From: Bdellovibrionota bacterium
GTDB lineage: Bacteria; Bdellovibrionota_C; UBA2361; JBIKWN01
Direction: 5' to 3'
Assembly (NCBI GenBank): GCA_044356295.1
Contig: JBIKWN010000029.1
Location: forward strand, 1-30,501
Length of the DNA: 30,501 nt
The position numbers and the translations under genes are program-made. Below are positions 9,506 through 17,296 of this stretch, piece after piece; the stretch's first letter is position 1, and the number at the start of each line of letters is the position of its first letter. A model generated the notes under the pieces. That model was not told the DNA's origin, ran no database searches, and saw only the letters and a list, made by a program, of their open reading frames with translations.

Positions 9506-9524
9506 CGAAGATAAGGTACTCGTT

Positions 9525-10004
9525 ATGAATAATACTAAAAACAAAACAGCTGCTGGTTTGGTAAGTCATCAAAGAGAAAGAGGATTTACTCTTATTGAGC
9601 TATTAATAGTTATTGCAATCGTTGGACTTTTAGCAGCAATTTCTGGCTCTATGTTTGTATATTACAGACAAAATGCGGCATTTTCAGTTGTGCAGCGTCT
9701 TGGAGAAGATATTAAACAAGATGTTGAGGTTGCCTCTACAAGTCTTGATTCAGATTTGCCTGCTTTTGATGTGAATAATCCGCAAACAGCTGATGGCCCC
9801 ATTGCCGATGCTTCAGCAAGGCAGGTTCTTACTGCAGTTCAAATTCCACGAGATACAACTTTTATGGGACGATTCGATCCAAGCTGTGTAGATGCTGGCT
9901 GTGAAAGTGCCTTTGTTGAGCTTCACCACGTAAAGTCAGAAAAATATCTGCAGCTCTTTAGAGCGGGTGATGGTGTTTGGGCTCCGATTGAAGTTACTAA
10001 TTAG
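9525..10004 (+). CDS. Type IV pilin / pseudopilin with N-terminal methylation motif
   Basis: Basic leader, then G|FTLIELLIVIAIVGLLAAI (class III signal, Glu at +5). C-terminal Cys pair. ATG at 9525 follows AAGGT. Confidence 0.85.
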   Translation: MNNTKNKTAAGLVSHQRERGFTLIELLIVIAIVGLLAAISGSMFVYYRQNAAFSVVQRLGEDIKQDVEVASTSLDSDLPAFDVNNPQTADGPIADASARQVLTAVQIPRDTTFMGRFDPSCVDAGCESAFVELHHVKSEKYLQLFRAGDGVWAPIEVTN

Positions 10005-10076
10005 TATTGTTCGGTCTTACCTGATCCGTAAGCATTACTCTTTCATTATCCATCAATTTATTGTTCAATCTAGACC

Positions 10077-11060
10077 ATGAAAACTATTGATGTATGTGGT
10101 ATCGGTAACGCCCTTGTAGATATTGTCATTTCTGTTGAAGAACGGCACCTGTCTGAGCTTTCGCTCGAGAAAGCGACCATGCGGCTTGTTGATGCTGAAG
10201 AGCAAAAAGCTCTTTTACAAAAGATAGGTGCTCATGCCTCTACACAATCAAGTGGAGGGTCTGTTGCAAATACTGTTTATGCTGTTGCGGCGCTTGGCGG
10301 AAAAACCGCGTTATTAGCAAGTCTTGGAGCTGATGAATTCGGCTCCTTTTATCATGATGAATTAGCCTCTCTCGGTACTTCATTTGGAAGCAGCCTCAAA
10401 AAAAATGAAACGACTGGAACGTGTCTCGTCATGATTACTCCAGATGCTGAACGAACGATGCGTACCTGTTTGGCGATATCGAGTGATTTTGGACCAACTG
10501 ATATTAATGAAACAATTATAAAGAATAGTTCTTGGTGTTTTATCGAAGGATATCTTTTAGCCAATCCTGGAAAAGTAGATGCGTGGCTTCTGCCACTTAT
10601 TGAAATGTGTAAAAAGCATCAAACAAAAATTGCGTTCACTTGTTCAGAGTCTTGGGTAGTAGAGCATTTCAGACAATCAGTTGATTTGGTTCTATCAGCA
10701 GCAAGTTTAGTTTTTGCAAATGAATCAGAAGCTCAGACACTTACAGGAAGTTCCGATGCTGCTGAATCAATCGAAATACTTAAAACAAAATTCGAATATG
10801 CAGTTGTAACTGCAGGTGAAAAAGGTGCTTATGTTTCCTATCAAGGAAAAGTTTCGCATGCTCCATCATCTGCAACTTCCGTAGTTGATCTGAATGGTGC
10901 AGGGGACTCCTTAGCTGGCGGAGTCTTGTACGGGCTTACTCACGGCAAAGATATTCATACATCGGCAGTGTTAGGATGTCATGTTGCAGCACAAGTGATT
11001 AGTCAATCTGGCGCAAGAGTAAAAGGGCAATCAGATTTCTGGCAAAAAGTTGCTGCATGA
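10077..11060 (+). CDS. PfkB/ribokinase family kinase (adenosine kinase-like)
   Basis: GNALVD, GGSVANT, TGTC.V.ITPDAERTM, FANESEA and D.NGAGD. Confidence 0.9.
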   Translation: MKTIDVCGIGNALVDIVISVEERHLSELSLEKATMRLVDAEEQKALLQKIGAHASTQSSGGSVANTVYAVAALGGKTALLASLGADEFGSFYHDELASLGTSFGSSLKKNETTGTCLVMITPDAERTMRTCLAISSDFGPTDINETIIKNSSWCFIEGYLLANPGKVDAWLLPLIEMCKKHQTKIAFTCSESWVVEHFRQSVDLVLSAASLVFANESEAQTLTGSSDAAESIEILKTKFEYAVVTAGEKGAYVSYQGKVSHAPSSATSVVDLNGAGDSLAGGVLYGLTHGKDIHTSAVLGCHVAAQVISQSGARVKGQSDFWQKVAA

Positions 11061-11386
11061 TACTTGTCATCACCACCCTTGGTAATCCAGAGGTTGCTGC
11101 AGTGTTTGGTCGAGATCTTATTGAGCAACGCTTAGCAGTGTGTGTAAATATTATTCCTGTTCCAAATTCAATCTATGAATGGGAAGGCAGAATTGAAACT
11201 GCAAAAGAAGTGTATCTGATCATAAAAACAGCAGAAGAAAAAAAACTAGATTGTATTGAACGAATTAAAAGTAAACACCCTTACAAAGTGCCAGCACTGT
11301 TTTCTATACCAGTTGAATCTCATTCAGAGGTTTATGATTTGTGGATTGAGCAGCAGCTCGGTCTTTCGAAACTTCCTGAGGAATGA
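11057..11386 (+). CDS. cutA: Divalent-cation tolerance protein CutA
   Basis: LAVCVNI, SIYEWEG.IE...E...IIKT and HPY.VP; ATGA overlap with the upstream kinase. Confidence 0.9.
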   Translation: MILVITTLGNPEVAAVFGRDLIEQRLAVCVNIIPVPNSIYEWEGRIETAKEVYLIIKTAEEKKLDCIERIKSKHPYKVPALFSIPVESHSEVYDLWIEQQLGLSKLPEE

Positions 11387-12524
11387 TTGTAAAACGATCC
11401 CAATACTGGTGGACGGTAAATGAAATCGATTCACCTTTTATAAGGGTGATTGGTTTCTGAAATATCTGCACATGCTGATCCCAATGTGTCCTGGCTTTCA
11501 TTGGAGATGTATCAATTACATTTGATTCGTCAGTGAAAAGTTGAAACCACTGTACGGCTCCATGGCATATGCCATTAGAAGTTGCAGTAATCGTAATAGT
11601 TGCAGGAGCATGTTCGACGTCATCTGAAAGAAAATCAATCGACTTTAATTGAGTGCTGTTTGATAACAGTTTGTGTGGATAATGAGAAAAATTAAGCTGT
11701 AATGCAGGATCGTAATGGAGTGAATTGAATTGGCTTAGGTCGAATCCACAAACAGTATTAACCACAGCATGTTTTGAGATCTCTTCGCTTTCAAAAAGTG
11801 AACAAAACATTGTGGCACTTCTTGGAATAATGATACCACCTGGTTTCAATAAATGCTTTTTAGCATCTTGAAAATAGTGAATCGCTTCCTCTTCAAGTAA
11901 CCCCGATCCTAGAATTTCACCAACGATAACATCCACTTTTTCAGGGATATCATCTGGAATTGAAATATTGGTTGACCATTGATCGATAATAGTAATTTTT
12001 TCAGAAAACCCATTCGTTTGAATAATCTGTTCAGCCGCTAGACGAATAGGCAGTTCTTTTTCACAGCTATAAACATGCTTTGCACCTGCTCTTGCCGCCA
12101 TCATCGATAGCAAGCCAGATCCGGTACCAATATCTAAGACTGTCTTTGTGGGAGTTACAATATTATTAATCGCATTGAGGAAGGCTTCGTTACGCTCAGT
12201 GTCGTTCATCATGTCGAAATGCCAGCTCCCGACAAGTTTACGGTGAATGAATCGAATTTGATTGAGAATCTCTAAGTCTTTTGGTTTTTCATTTAAGAGT
12301 AAATATAGATCTTCCAAGGCCGGATTCATTTCGTCATTTTTGATTTGTATCAGGGCGCGATTCCACAGAGCAAACGAATGAGTTGGATCATCAGTTAAAA
12401 TTTTATTCAGGGTACTTAATGCGTTGTCTGTGTAGCCATCAGTGATGTCATCCTGTGCAGATTGTACAAGTTGATCAATCTCTGATGATACAATCGAAGA
12501 TAGTTTTTTTTTATTGTTATTCAA
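11304..12524 (-). CDS. TPR-containing SAM-dependent methyltransferase of the protein arginine methyltransferase (PRMT) type
   Basis: N-terminal TPR-like helices, WHFDMMNDTERN, motif I VLDIGTGSGLLSMMAARAGA, post-I VYSCE, double-E loop VDVIVGEILGSGLLEE, LKPGG.IIP and THW loop (RTHWDQ). Confidence 0.8.
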   Translation of the reverse strand: MNNNKKKLSSIVSSEIDQLVQSAQDDITDGYTDNALSTLNKILTDDPTHSFALWNRALIQIKNDEMNPALEDLYLLLNEKPKDLEILNQIRFIHRKLVGSWHFDMMNDTERNEAFLNAINNIVTPTKTVLDIGTGSGLLSMMAARAGAKHVYSCEKELPIRLAAEQIIQTNGFSEKITIIDQWSTNISIPDDIPEKVDVIVGEILGSGLLEEEAIHYFQDAKKHLLKPGGIIIPRSATMFCSLFESEEISKHAVVNTVCGFDLSQFNSLHYDPALQLNFSHYPHKLLSNSTQLKSIDFLSDDVEHAPATITITATSNGICHGAVQWFQLFTDESNVIDTSPMKARTHWDQHVQIFQKPITLIKGESISFTVHQYWDRFTIIPQEVSKDRAAAQSTNHKPLNEIQLV

Positions 12525-12748
12525 GATGGTTCTTTTTTGGTGGGGGTGGGCTTAGGAAAAGAGTAAGCTTTTTTATGTAATTAGGTATCCGAGAATAATC
12601 TTATACTCGCCTAATATCAACTAAATACCGCTATACCGAACAGGATAATTATAGAGCACAACAGTCCGGTAAAAACCCGTATATGTGCTTTAAGTGATTG
12701 AAGAGTTACGACTAAACAAAGAGTTAATATTATTTCCATGTAAATTTA

Positions 12749-12820
12749 GTAACGCGAAGGTCGCGAAGGACGCGAAGGACTGAATCAAATCCTTCGCGTA
12801 CTTCGCGACCTTCGCGTTAC
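12749..12820. repeat. 31-bp inverted repeat (one mismatch, 10-nt loop) built from three CGCGAAG-core 9-mers per arm
   Basis: GTAACGCGAAGGTCGCGAAGGACGCGAAGGA (12749-12779) pairs with TCCTTCGCGTACTTCGCGACCTTCGCGTTAC (12790-12820). Confidence 0.92.
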
Positions 12821-12835
12821 AAAAAATCCCTTCAA

Positions 12836-14068
12836 TTACTTGTAACGCAACGCATGCATAAGTTCGCTCGCAGCATTGCCAGGATTATAGCTCTCAGCGT
12901 TTTTAACGATGCTATACAATTTTTTCAATTGTTTCTGATCGATTTTTTTATTCTCTTGATTGAGTGAAGCAACAGCCATCACAAGTTGTTCAGCAAGCTG
13001 AAGATCGAACCCTGGATTTTTAGAAATAAACTCACCAAGAGCAATACGTAGTTCGTTTGAACTAACTAAGACAGATTTTTTTTGAATCGTTTCAAGTTGA
13101 TCTTCGAGATTTGCTATAGCATCTAATGAGTCAGCTTGATTACTACTCTCGTGTAACTTTGAAACATAATCAGACCATGTCGTGAGTGTACTATTTTTTG
13201 AAGCAGCAAGAATAATCGATATCGTTTCAAGATGAGTTGTATTAATACGAGGAAGACCGACTCTCTCTGAACGTGGACGAGTCATAAAACCTTTTTGACT
13301 AATACTTTGATGGCATGAAAAACATGAAAATTGTGAAAATTCTGGGAAGATTTCATGGGAACTAATATGTCTCTTGAGGTGAGCAAGGTTTCTTTTTGCG
13401 AGGTCTATTTGACCAATAACCCAACCATCTATCGCTTTGTACGATGAGTCTTTCCAGTGCCTAGGCATGACGGCTTCGTAGGTATCTAATTCAAAAGAAA
13501 TTCGAGGGTGTCCAGCTCCGTAAAGGCGATGTGTTACCTCTTTTTTTTCATCACCGTAATGACAGCTAGAACATACTTGAGCTCTCGTAGAGAGGTTTTT
13601 CAAGTCAATAAGACCATTGGCTATGTTCTGAGCGTGAGTGGCGTCTTTAGAAGTATGGGTCGAGAGCCATTGTTCACCAGCACCATGGCAACTTTCACAG
13701 CCTACGCCATCTTCGATCCTAAATTTTTCAGCTTTATGAGTGCTATTGGTAGCATGACAATCGAGGCAGAGCTTATCAGATTGTGGGCTACCAACCCCTA
13801 AAAGATAAGCTATTCGCTTAGATTCAGGGGAAAGGAGCGTTTGGAAGCTTTTTGAGTGTCTATCATACTTGTACCAAGTGACAAACTCGTTTCCTAGAAT
13901 ATTGCCTGTATTTTTCGGTGTTATTCCGCCATGACAATTAGATGATGAACAAGAACCAACACCCATTGCCTTGCTATGAAATTCCTGGGCAGACGTAAAA
14001 CGAGCACTTAGGAAGAAACCAAGAAAAATGTAAAAAAGGAAGGTCCTAAAAGAAATTGCATTAAACAT
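12836..14068 (-). CDS. Exported multiheme c-type cytochrome (c554-like domain), 4 CxxCH plus 1 CX4CH
   Basis: Signal peptide ending near TSA-QE; heme motifs CSSSNCH, CLDCH, CESCH, CSSCH and CFSCH; GVGCESCHGAG is typical of the c554/c552 domain. Confidence 0.85.
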   Translation of the reverse strand: MFNAISFRTFLFYIFLGFFLSARFTSAQEFHSKAMGVGSCSSSNCHGGITPKNTGNILGNEFVTWYKYDRHSKSFQTLLSPESKRIAYLLGVGSPQSDKLCLDCHATNSTHKAEKFRIEDGVGCESCHGAGEQWLSTHTSKDATHAQNIANGLIDLKNLSTRAQVCSSCHYGDEKKEVTHRLYGAGHPRISFELDTYEAVMPRHWKDSSYKAIDGWVIGQIDLAKRNLAHLKRHISSHEIFPEFSQFSCFSCHQSISQKGFMTRPRSERVGLPRINTTHLETISIILAASKNSTLTTWSDYVSKLHESSNQADSLDAIANLEDQLETIQKKSVLVSSNELRIALGEFISKNPGFDLQLAEQLVMAVASLNQENKKIDQKQLKKLYSIVKNAESYNPGNAASELMHALRYK

Positions 14069-14075
14069 CGTTCTT

Positions 14076-14108
14076 AGATTGATCGGAGTTAAATCTTACG
14101 CGTAATAT
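14076..14108. promoter_or_regulatory. Candidate divergent control region: FNR/CRP-like box and possible sigma70 promoter
   Basis: TTGAT-CGGA-GTTAA (14079-14092) matches 8 of 10 positions of TTGAT-N4-ATCAA. TTGATC-N18-TAATAT points toward the + operon. Lies in the 70-bp gap between divergent genes. Confidence 0.3.
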
Positions 14109-14138
14109 AGCCTCGCACGTTTGTTTTTTACAACAGTA

Positions 14139-15554
14139 ATGTCTGAGTGTTTTGAAATTGCAATTATTGGAGCCGGACCAGGTGGGTTAGGTGCTGCAAC
14201 GCGTTGTGCAAAGCTTGGGATTTCTCACATCTTGTTTGAAAAAGGTCAGATTGGTAACACCATCTATGACTATCAGCTTAGAAAGCATGTTATGGCTGAG
14301 CCAAGTAGGTTGCCACTTCGAACAGAGGTTGGTTTTCAAGCAGGCACCAGAGAGTCAATTCTTGAGGTCTGGAATTCAACTGTTCAACAGTTAAAAGTAA
14401 ATATCAAGAATGAAGAAGTCATCTCTATTAAAAAAGTAGGGGATATCTTTGAAATTTCAACTCCTTCAGGTTTGACTCAAGCAAAGTATGTAATCCTTGC
14501 AATTGGAATGCAGGGGACTCCTCGAAAAGTGGAAGTACCTGGTGGAGACCTTCCTTTTATCTCATACACTCTTGCCGATCCGGACGCTTTTTCTGGAAAA
14601 AATATATTAGTCATTGGGGCTGGTGATGCAGCTATTGAAAATGCAATAGCATTAGCCGAGAACAATAAAGTTTCCATCTTGAACAGGACAAGTGAATTTT
14701 CACGTGCAAAAGATGGTAACGTTGCACTTATCACTACTGCTATTGATAGTGAGAAAATAAAACCTTTTTACGATGCTGATCTTGCACGAGTTGAAACTGG
14801 AGTTTGTTATATCACAACTCCCGAAGGTGAGGTTTCTCAACAGGTCGATCAAATAATCGCTCGTATTGGCTGTATCATGCCAAGAAGATTTCTTGAAAGT
14901 TGTGGATTGCAATTTGCAAATAAGGAACCAACCACACCACCAACAGTGGATGAACATTATCAATCAAGTGTTCCTGGGTTGTTTGTAATTGGCGCATTAA
15001 TTGGGTATCCGCTGATTAAACAAGCGATGAATCAGGGATACGAAGTTGTCGAGTTCTTACGAGGCTCTCCAGTTGAACCAGCTGATCAAGTATTAATAGA
15101 TGAGCGATTAAAAGTAATTACTGGAAATTCAAAAGAAAATTTTCTACGGATTCGTAAAGCACTTCCTCTTTTTGCAGAGCTTACTGAGCCACAGTTTCGA
15201 GAACTTATCTCTGAATCTACCATTCATGTCGCAAAAGCAGGTGAAGTTATTTTTAAAAAAAATGACTACACCGATTCTTTCTGGAGTGTGATATCAGGTG
15301 GCGTTGGAATAGAAATAAGCACTACAGCATCTGTCCCTCTTGGGGAGGGCAACTTTTTTGGTGAAATGGGATTAATCTCTGGAAGACGGCGAAGTGCTAC
15401 AGTAAAAGCAACAAGAGAAACGTTGCTTCTAGAAACACCAAGAAAACAGATCTTAAAACTTATAGCCTCGGTAGATTCGGTCAGAATTGTACTTGATAAG
15501 ACTTTTCTTATTCGTGCTTTTCAAACAACTATCTTTCCTGAAGCCTCAGCTTAG
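14139..15554 (+). CDS. Thioredoxin-reductase-fold FAD/NAD(P)H oxidoreductase plus first cNMP-binding domain (N-terminal part of a gene interrupted by in-frame TAG)
   Basis: IAIIGAGPGG (FAD), LVIGAGDAA and LNRTSEFSR (NADPH type), SSVPGLFVIG, no CxxC; cNMP cassette FFGEMGLISGRRRSATV. Confidence 0.85.
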   Translation: MSECFEIAIIGAGPGGLGAATRCAKLGISHILFEKGQIGNTIYDYQLRKHVMAEPSRLPLRTEVGFQAGTRESILEVWNSTVQQLKVNIKNEEVISIKKVGDIFEISTPSGLTQAKYVILAIGMQGTPRKVEVPGGDLPFISYTLADPDAFSGKNILVIGAGDAAIENAIALAENNKVSILNRTSEFSRAKDGNVALITTAIDSEKIKPFYDADLARVETGVCYITTPEGEVSQQVDQIIARIGCIMPRRFLESCGLQFANKEPTTPPTVDEHYQSSVPGLFVIGALIGYPLIKQAMNQGYEVVEFLRGSPVEPADQVLIDERLKVITGNSKENFLRIRKALPLFAELTEPQFRELISESTIHVAKAGEVIFKKNDYTDSFWSVISGGVGIEISTTASVPLGEGNFFGEMGLISGRRRSATVKATRETLLLETPRKQILKLIASVDSVRIVLDKTFLIRAFQTTIFPEASA

Positions 15555-16472
15555 ATGTTGAGTGAAGTTGCGGATAGGTGCACATTCAAAAAGTATAAAA
15601 AAGGCGAAGTTCTTTTTCGTGAAGGTGATATCGGAGACGCGTTGTATGTCGTTCGCAAAGGCTCTGTAAAAGTTTCTAGAAAGAACCGTGAAGGAATAGA
15701 TGTTATTCAGACCTATATTCCTGCTGGAAATTATGTTGGAGAAATGGCGCTTTTATCTGTTGAGCCAACTGCTCGCAGTGCAACAGTCAGCGCAGCGGTA
15801 AACTGTGAAGTTGTTGTTATTTCTAAAAATGATTTTCAAGGGCTCCTATCTCAATTTGAAGCTCTGCTTGAACGTATAACCCGATTAGCAGAAGAGCGTC
15901 GTGTTGAAAATATTGTTCATAATCAGGATGAAGATACTGGTGATCTTTTAAATTTTTTATTTGCTCAGGGTGTTAGTGATGCAGATAATTTTTTACTGAT
16001 TGATTCAGACCTTTGTGTTTCTTGTGATAACTGTGAATCTGCGTGTGCTGCAACCCATGGAGGATATAGTCGTCTTGATCGGAAGGGTGGAAAAAGTTTA
16101 GCTTCAATACAGATTCCTGTTTCATGTCGACACTGCGAGAATCCTTACTGCATGACGGATTGTCCTCCTGATGCGTTACATCGAAACCCAAATGGAGAAG
16201 TGATTATACGTGATTCATGTATTGGATGTGGCAATTGCGTCAGAAACTGCCCGTACGGTGTTATTCAGTTAGTGTATGAAAAGAAACCATTAACATCGAT
16301 TTTTGATTTTTTTAAAAAACCAGAGAAGGGTCCTGCAAAAGCTGCAAAATGTGATATGTGTTCGACCTTGGATGGAGGTCCAGCATGTGTACGTTCATGC
16401 CCAACTGGGGCAGCAATGAGGGTAAACCCTTCTAAGCTGTTAGCCATAATCCAAGAAAAAGAGGTTTTTTAA
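15555..16472 (+). CDS. Second cNMP-binding domain plus DmsB/NrfC-like 4x[4Fe-4S] module (same frame as upstream ORF, probably one gene 14139-16472)
   Basis: GEVLFREGD.GD.LYVVRKG.V and GEMALL....RSATV; Cys groups CVSCDNCESAC, CRHCENPYCMTDCP, CIGCGNCVRNCP and CDMC...PACVRSCP. Confidence 0.85.
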   Translation: MLSEVADRCTFKKYKKGEVLFREGDIGDALYVVRKGSVKVSRKNREGIDVIQTYIPAGNYVGEMALLSVEPTARSATVSAAVNCEVVVISKNDFQGLLSQFEALLERITRLAEERRVENIVHNQDEDTGDLLNFLFAQGVSDADNFLLIDSDLCVSCDNCESACAATHGGYSRLDRKGGKSLASIQIPVSCRHCENPYCMTDCPPDALHRNPNGEVIIRDSCIGCGNCVRNCPYGVIQLVYEKKPLTSIFDFFKKPEKGPAKAAKCDMCSTLDGGPACVRSCPTGAAMRVNPSKLLAIIQEKEVF

Positions 16473-17296
16473 TGACACAAGAAAACTTTCTTTCTTTATA
16501 TGGTTGGCGATGGCTAAAAATAACTTCTCTATTAGTTGTTTTTTCTATTATTTGGTATTTCTTAGATAACCCGATCTTTCCAAAAAGTGGATCGACGTTC
16601 TATGGATATGTTCTAGGTATTATCTCTGCTGGAGCAATGTTATATCTTCTTTGGTTTGGGATAAGAAAACGATCCTATTTTTCATCGACTGGCACATTAA
16701 AAGAGATGCTCTCAGCTCATATCTGGATCGGTACTGCTCTTTTGGTATTAGTTCCTCTTCACTGTGGATTTCGATTTCATTTTAATGTTCATACTATTGC
16801 CTATATTTTCTGTGTCTTAACAATTGTTACAGGGATTTGGGGTGTCTATTTATATCGAACTCTTCCAGAACAGATACGATCAAACCGGGGAGAAGGAAGT
16901 CTCAAGCTTTTACTTGAACAATTTGAATCTTTAAATCAATCACTTCGTAAACTTGAGGCTGGAAAATCGGATAGTTTTGTTCGGTTTGTTGCAATTCTCG
17001 ATACATATAAAGTTCCTACTTTACCAAGTCTGCTCCTTGGGAAACGATCTAAAGTAATCTCCAAAGAACAATCTGCTCGAGCGCTTGAATCGATATCTCA
17101 AGAGGAGCGGGTTGATGCTTTATCAGCAATTGGATTAATTGATAGACGATTTGAATTCCTTGTGAGGATCGAGCACGAAGCTCTTATTCAATTTTGGCTC
17201 AAATTTTGGTTAATGACACATGTTCCTCTTGCGTGTGGAAGTATGCTTTTACTCGTGGTCCATATTTTTTCAGTATTGTATTTTGGAAAGCCGTAA
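16472..17296 (+). CDS. Inner-membrane protein, putative diheme cytochrome b (ferric-reductase-TM-like)
   Basis: About 5 hydrophobic helices. Two carry H-x13-H pairs: HIWIGTALLVLVPLH and HVPLACGSMLLLVVH. TAATG overlap with the Fe-S ORF. Confidence 0.65.
   Translation: MTQENFLSLYGWRWLKITSLLVVFSIIWYFLDNPIFPKSGSTFYGYVLGIISAGAMLYLLWFGIRKRSYFSSTGTLKEMLSAHIWIGTALLVLVPLHCGFRFHFNVHTIAYIFCVLTIVTGIWGVYLYRTLPEQIRSNRGEGSLKLLLEQFESLNQSLRKLEAGKSDSFVRFVAILDTYKVPTLPSLLLGKRSKVISKEQSARALESISQEERVDALSAIGLIDRRFEFLVRIEHEALIQFWLKFWLMTHVPLACGSMLLLVVHIFSVLYFGKP

Noticed and set aside
9393..9524. Extended N-termini given by the ORF track for the pilin (9393), ispH (8216), prs (2609) and rpsF (4955)
   Set aside because: The extensions overlap upstream genes or precede the homologous region. 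Downstream starts fit the family N-termini better.
11304..11386. 83-nt convergent overlap of cutA and the PRMT-like gene (and the 53-nt overlap at 28703-28755)
   Set aside because: The overlapping tails lie beyond the recognisable domains of the minus-strand genes. Stop-codon drift in a compact genome explains them without a dual-coding function.
15552..15554. Genome-wide TAG recoding or pyrrolysine
   Set aside because: TAG ends prs exactly at its conserved C-terminus (SVSSLFR) and also ends the pilin and PRMT-like ORFs. No pyl genes are in the window, and the site is not a catalytic position.
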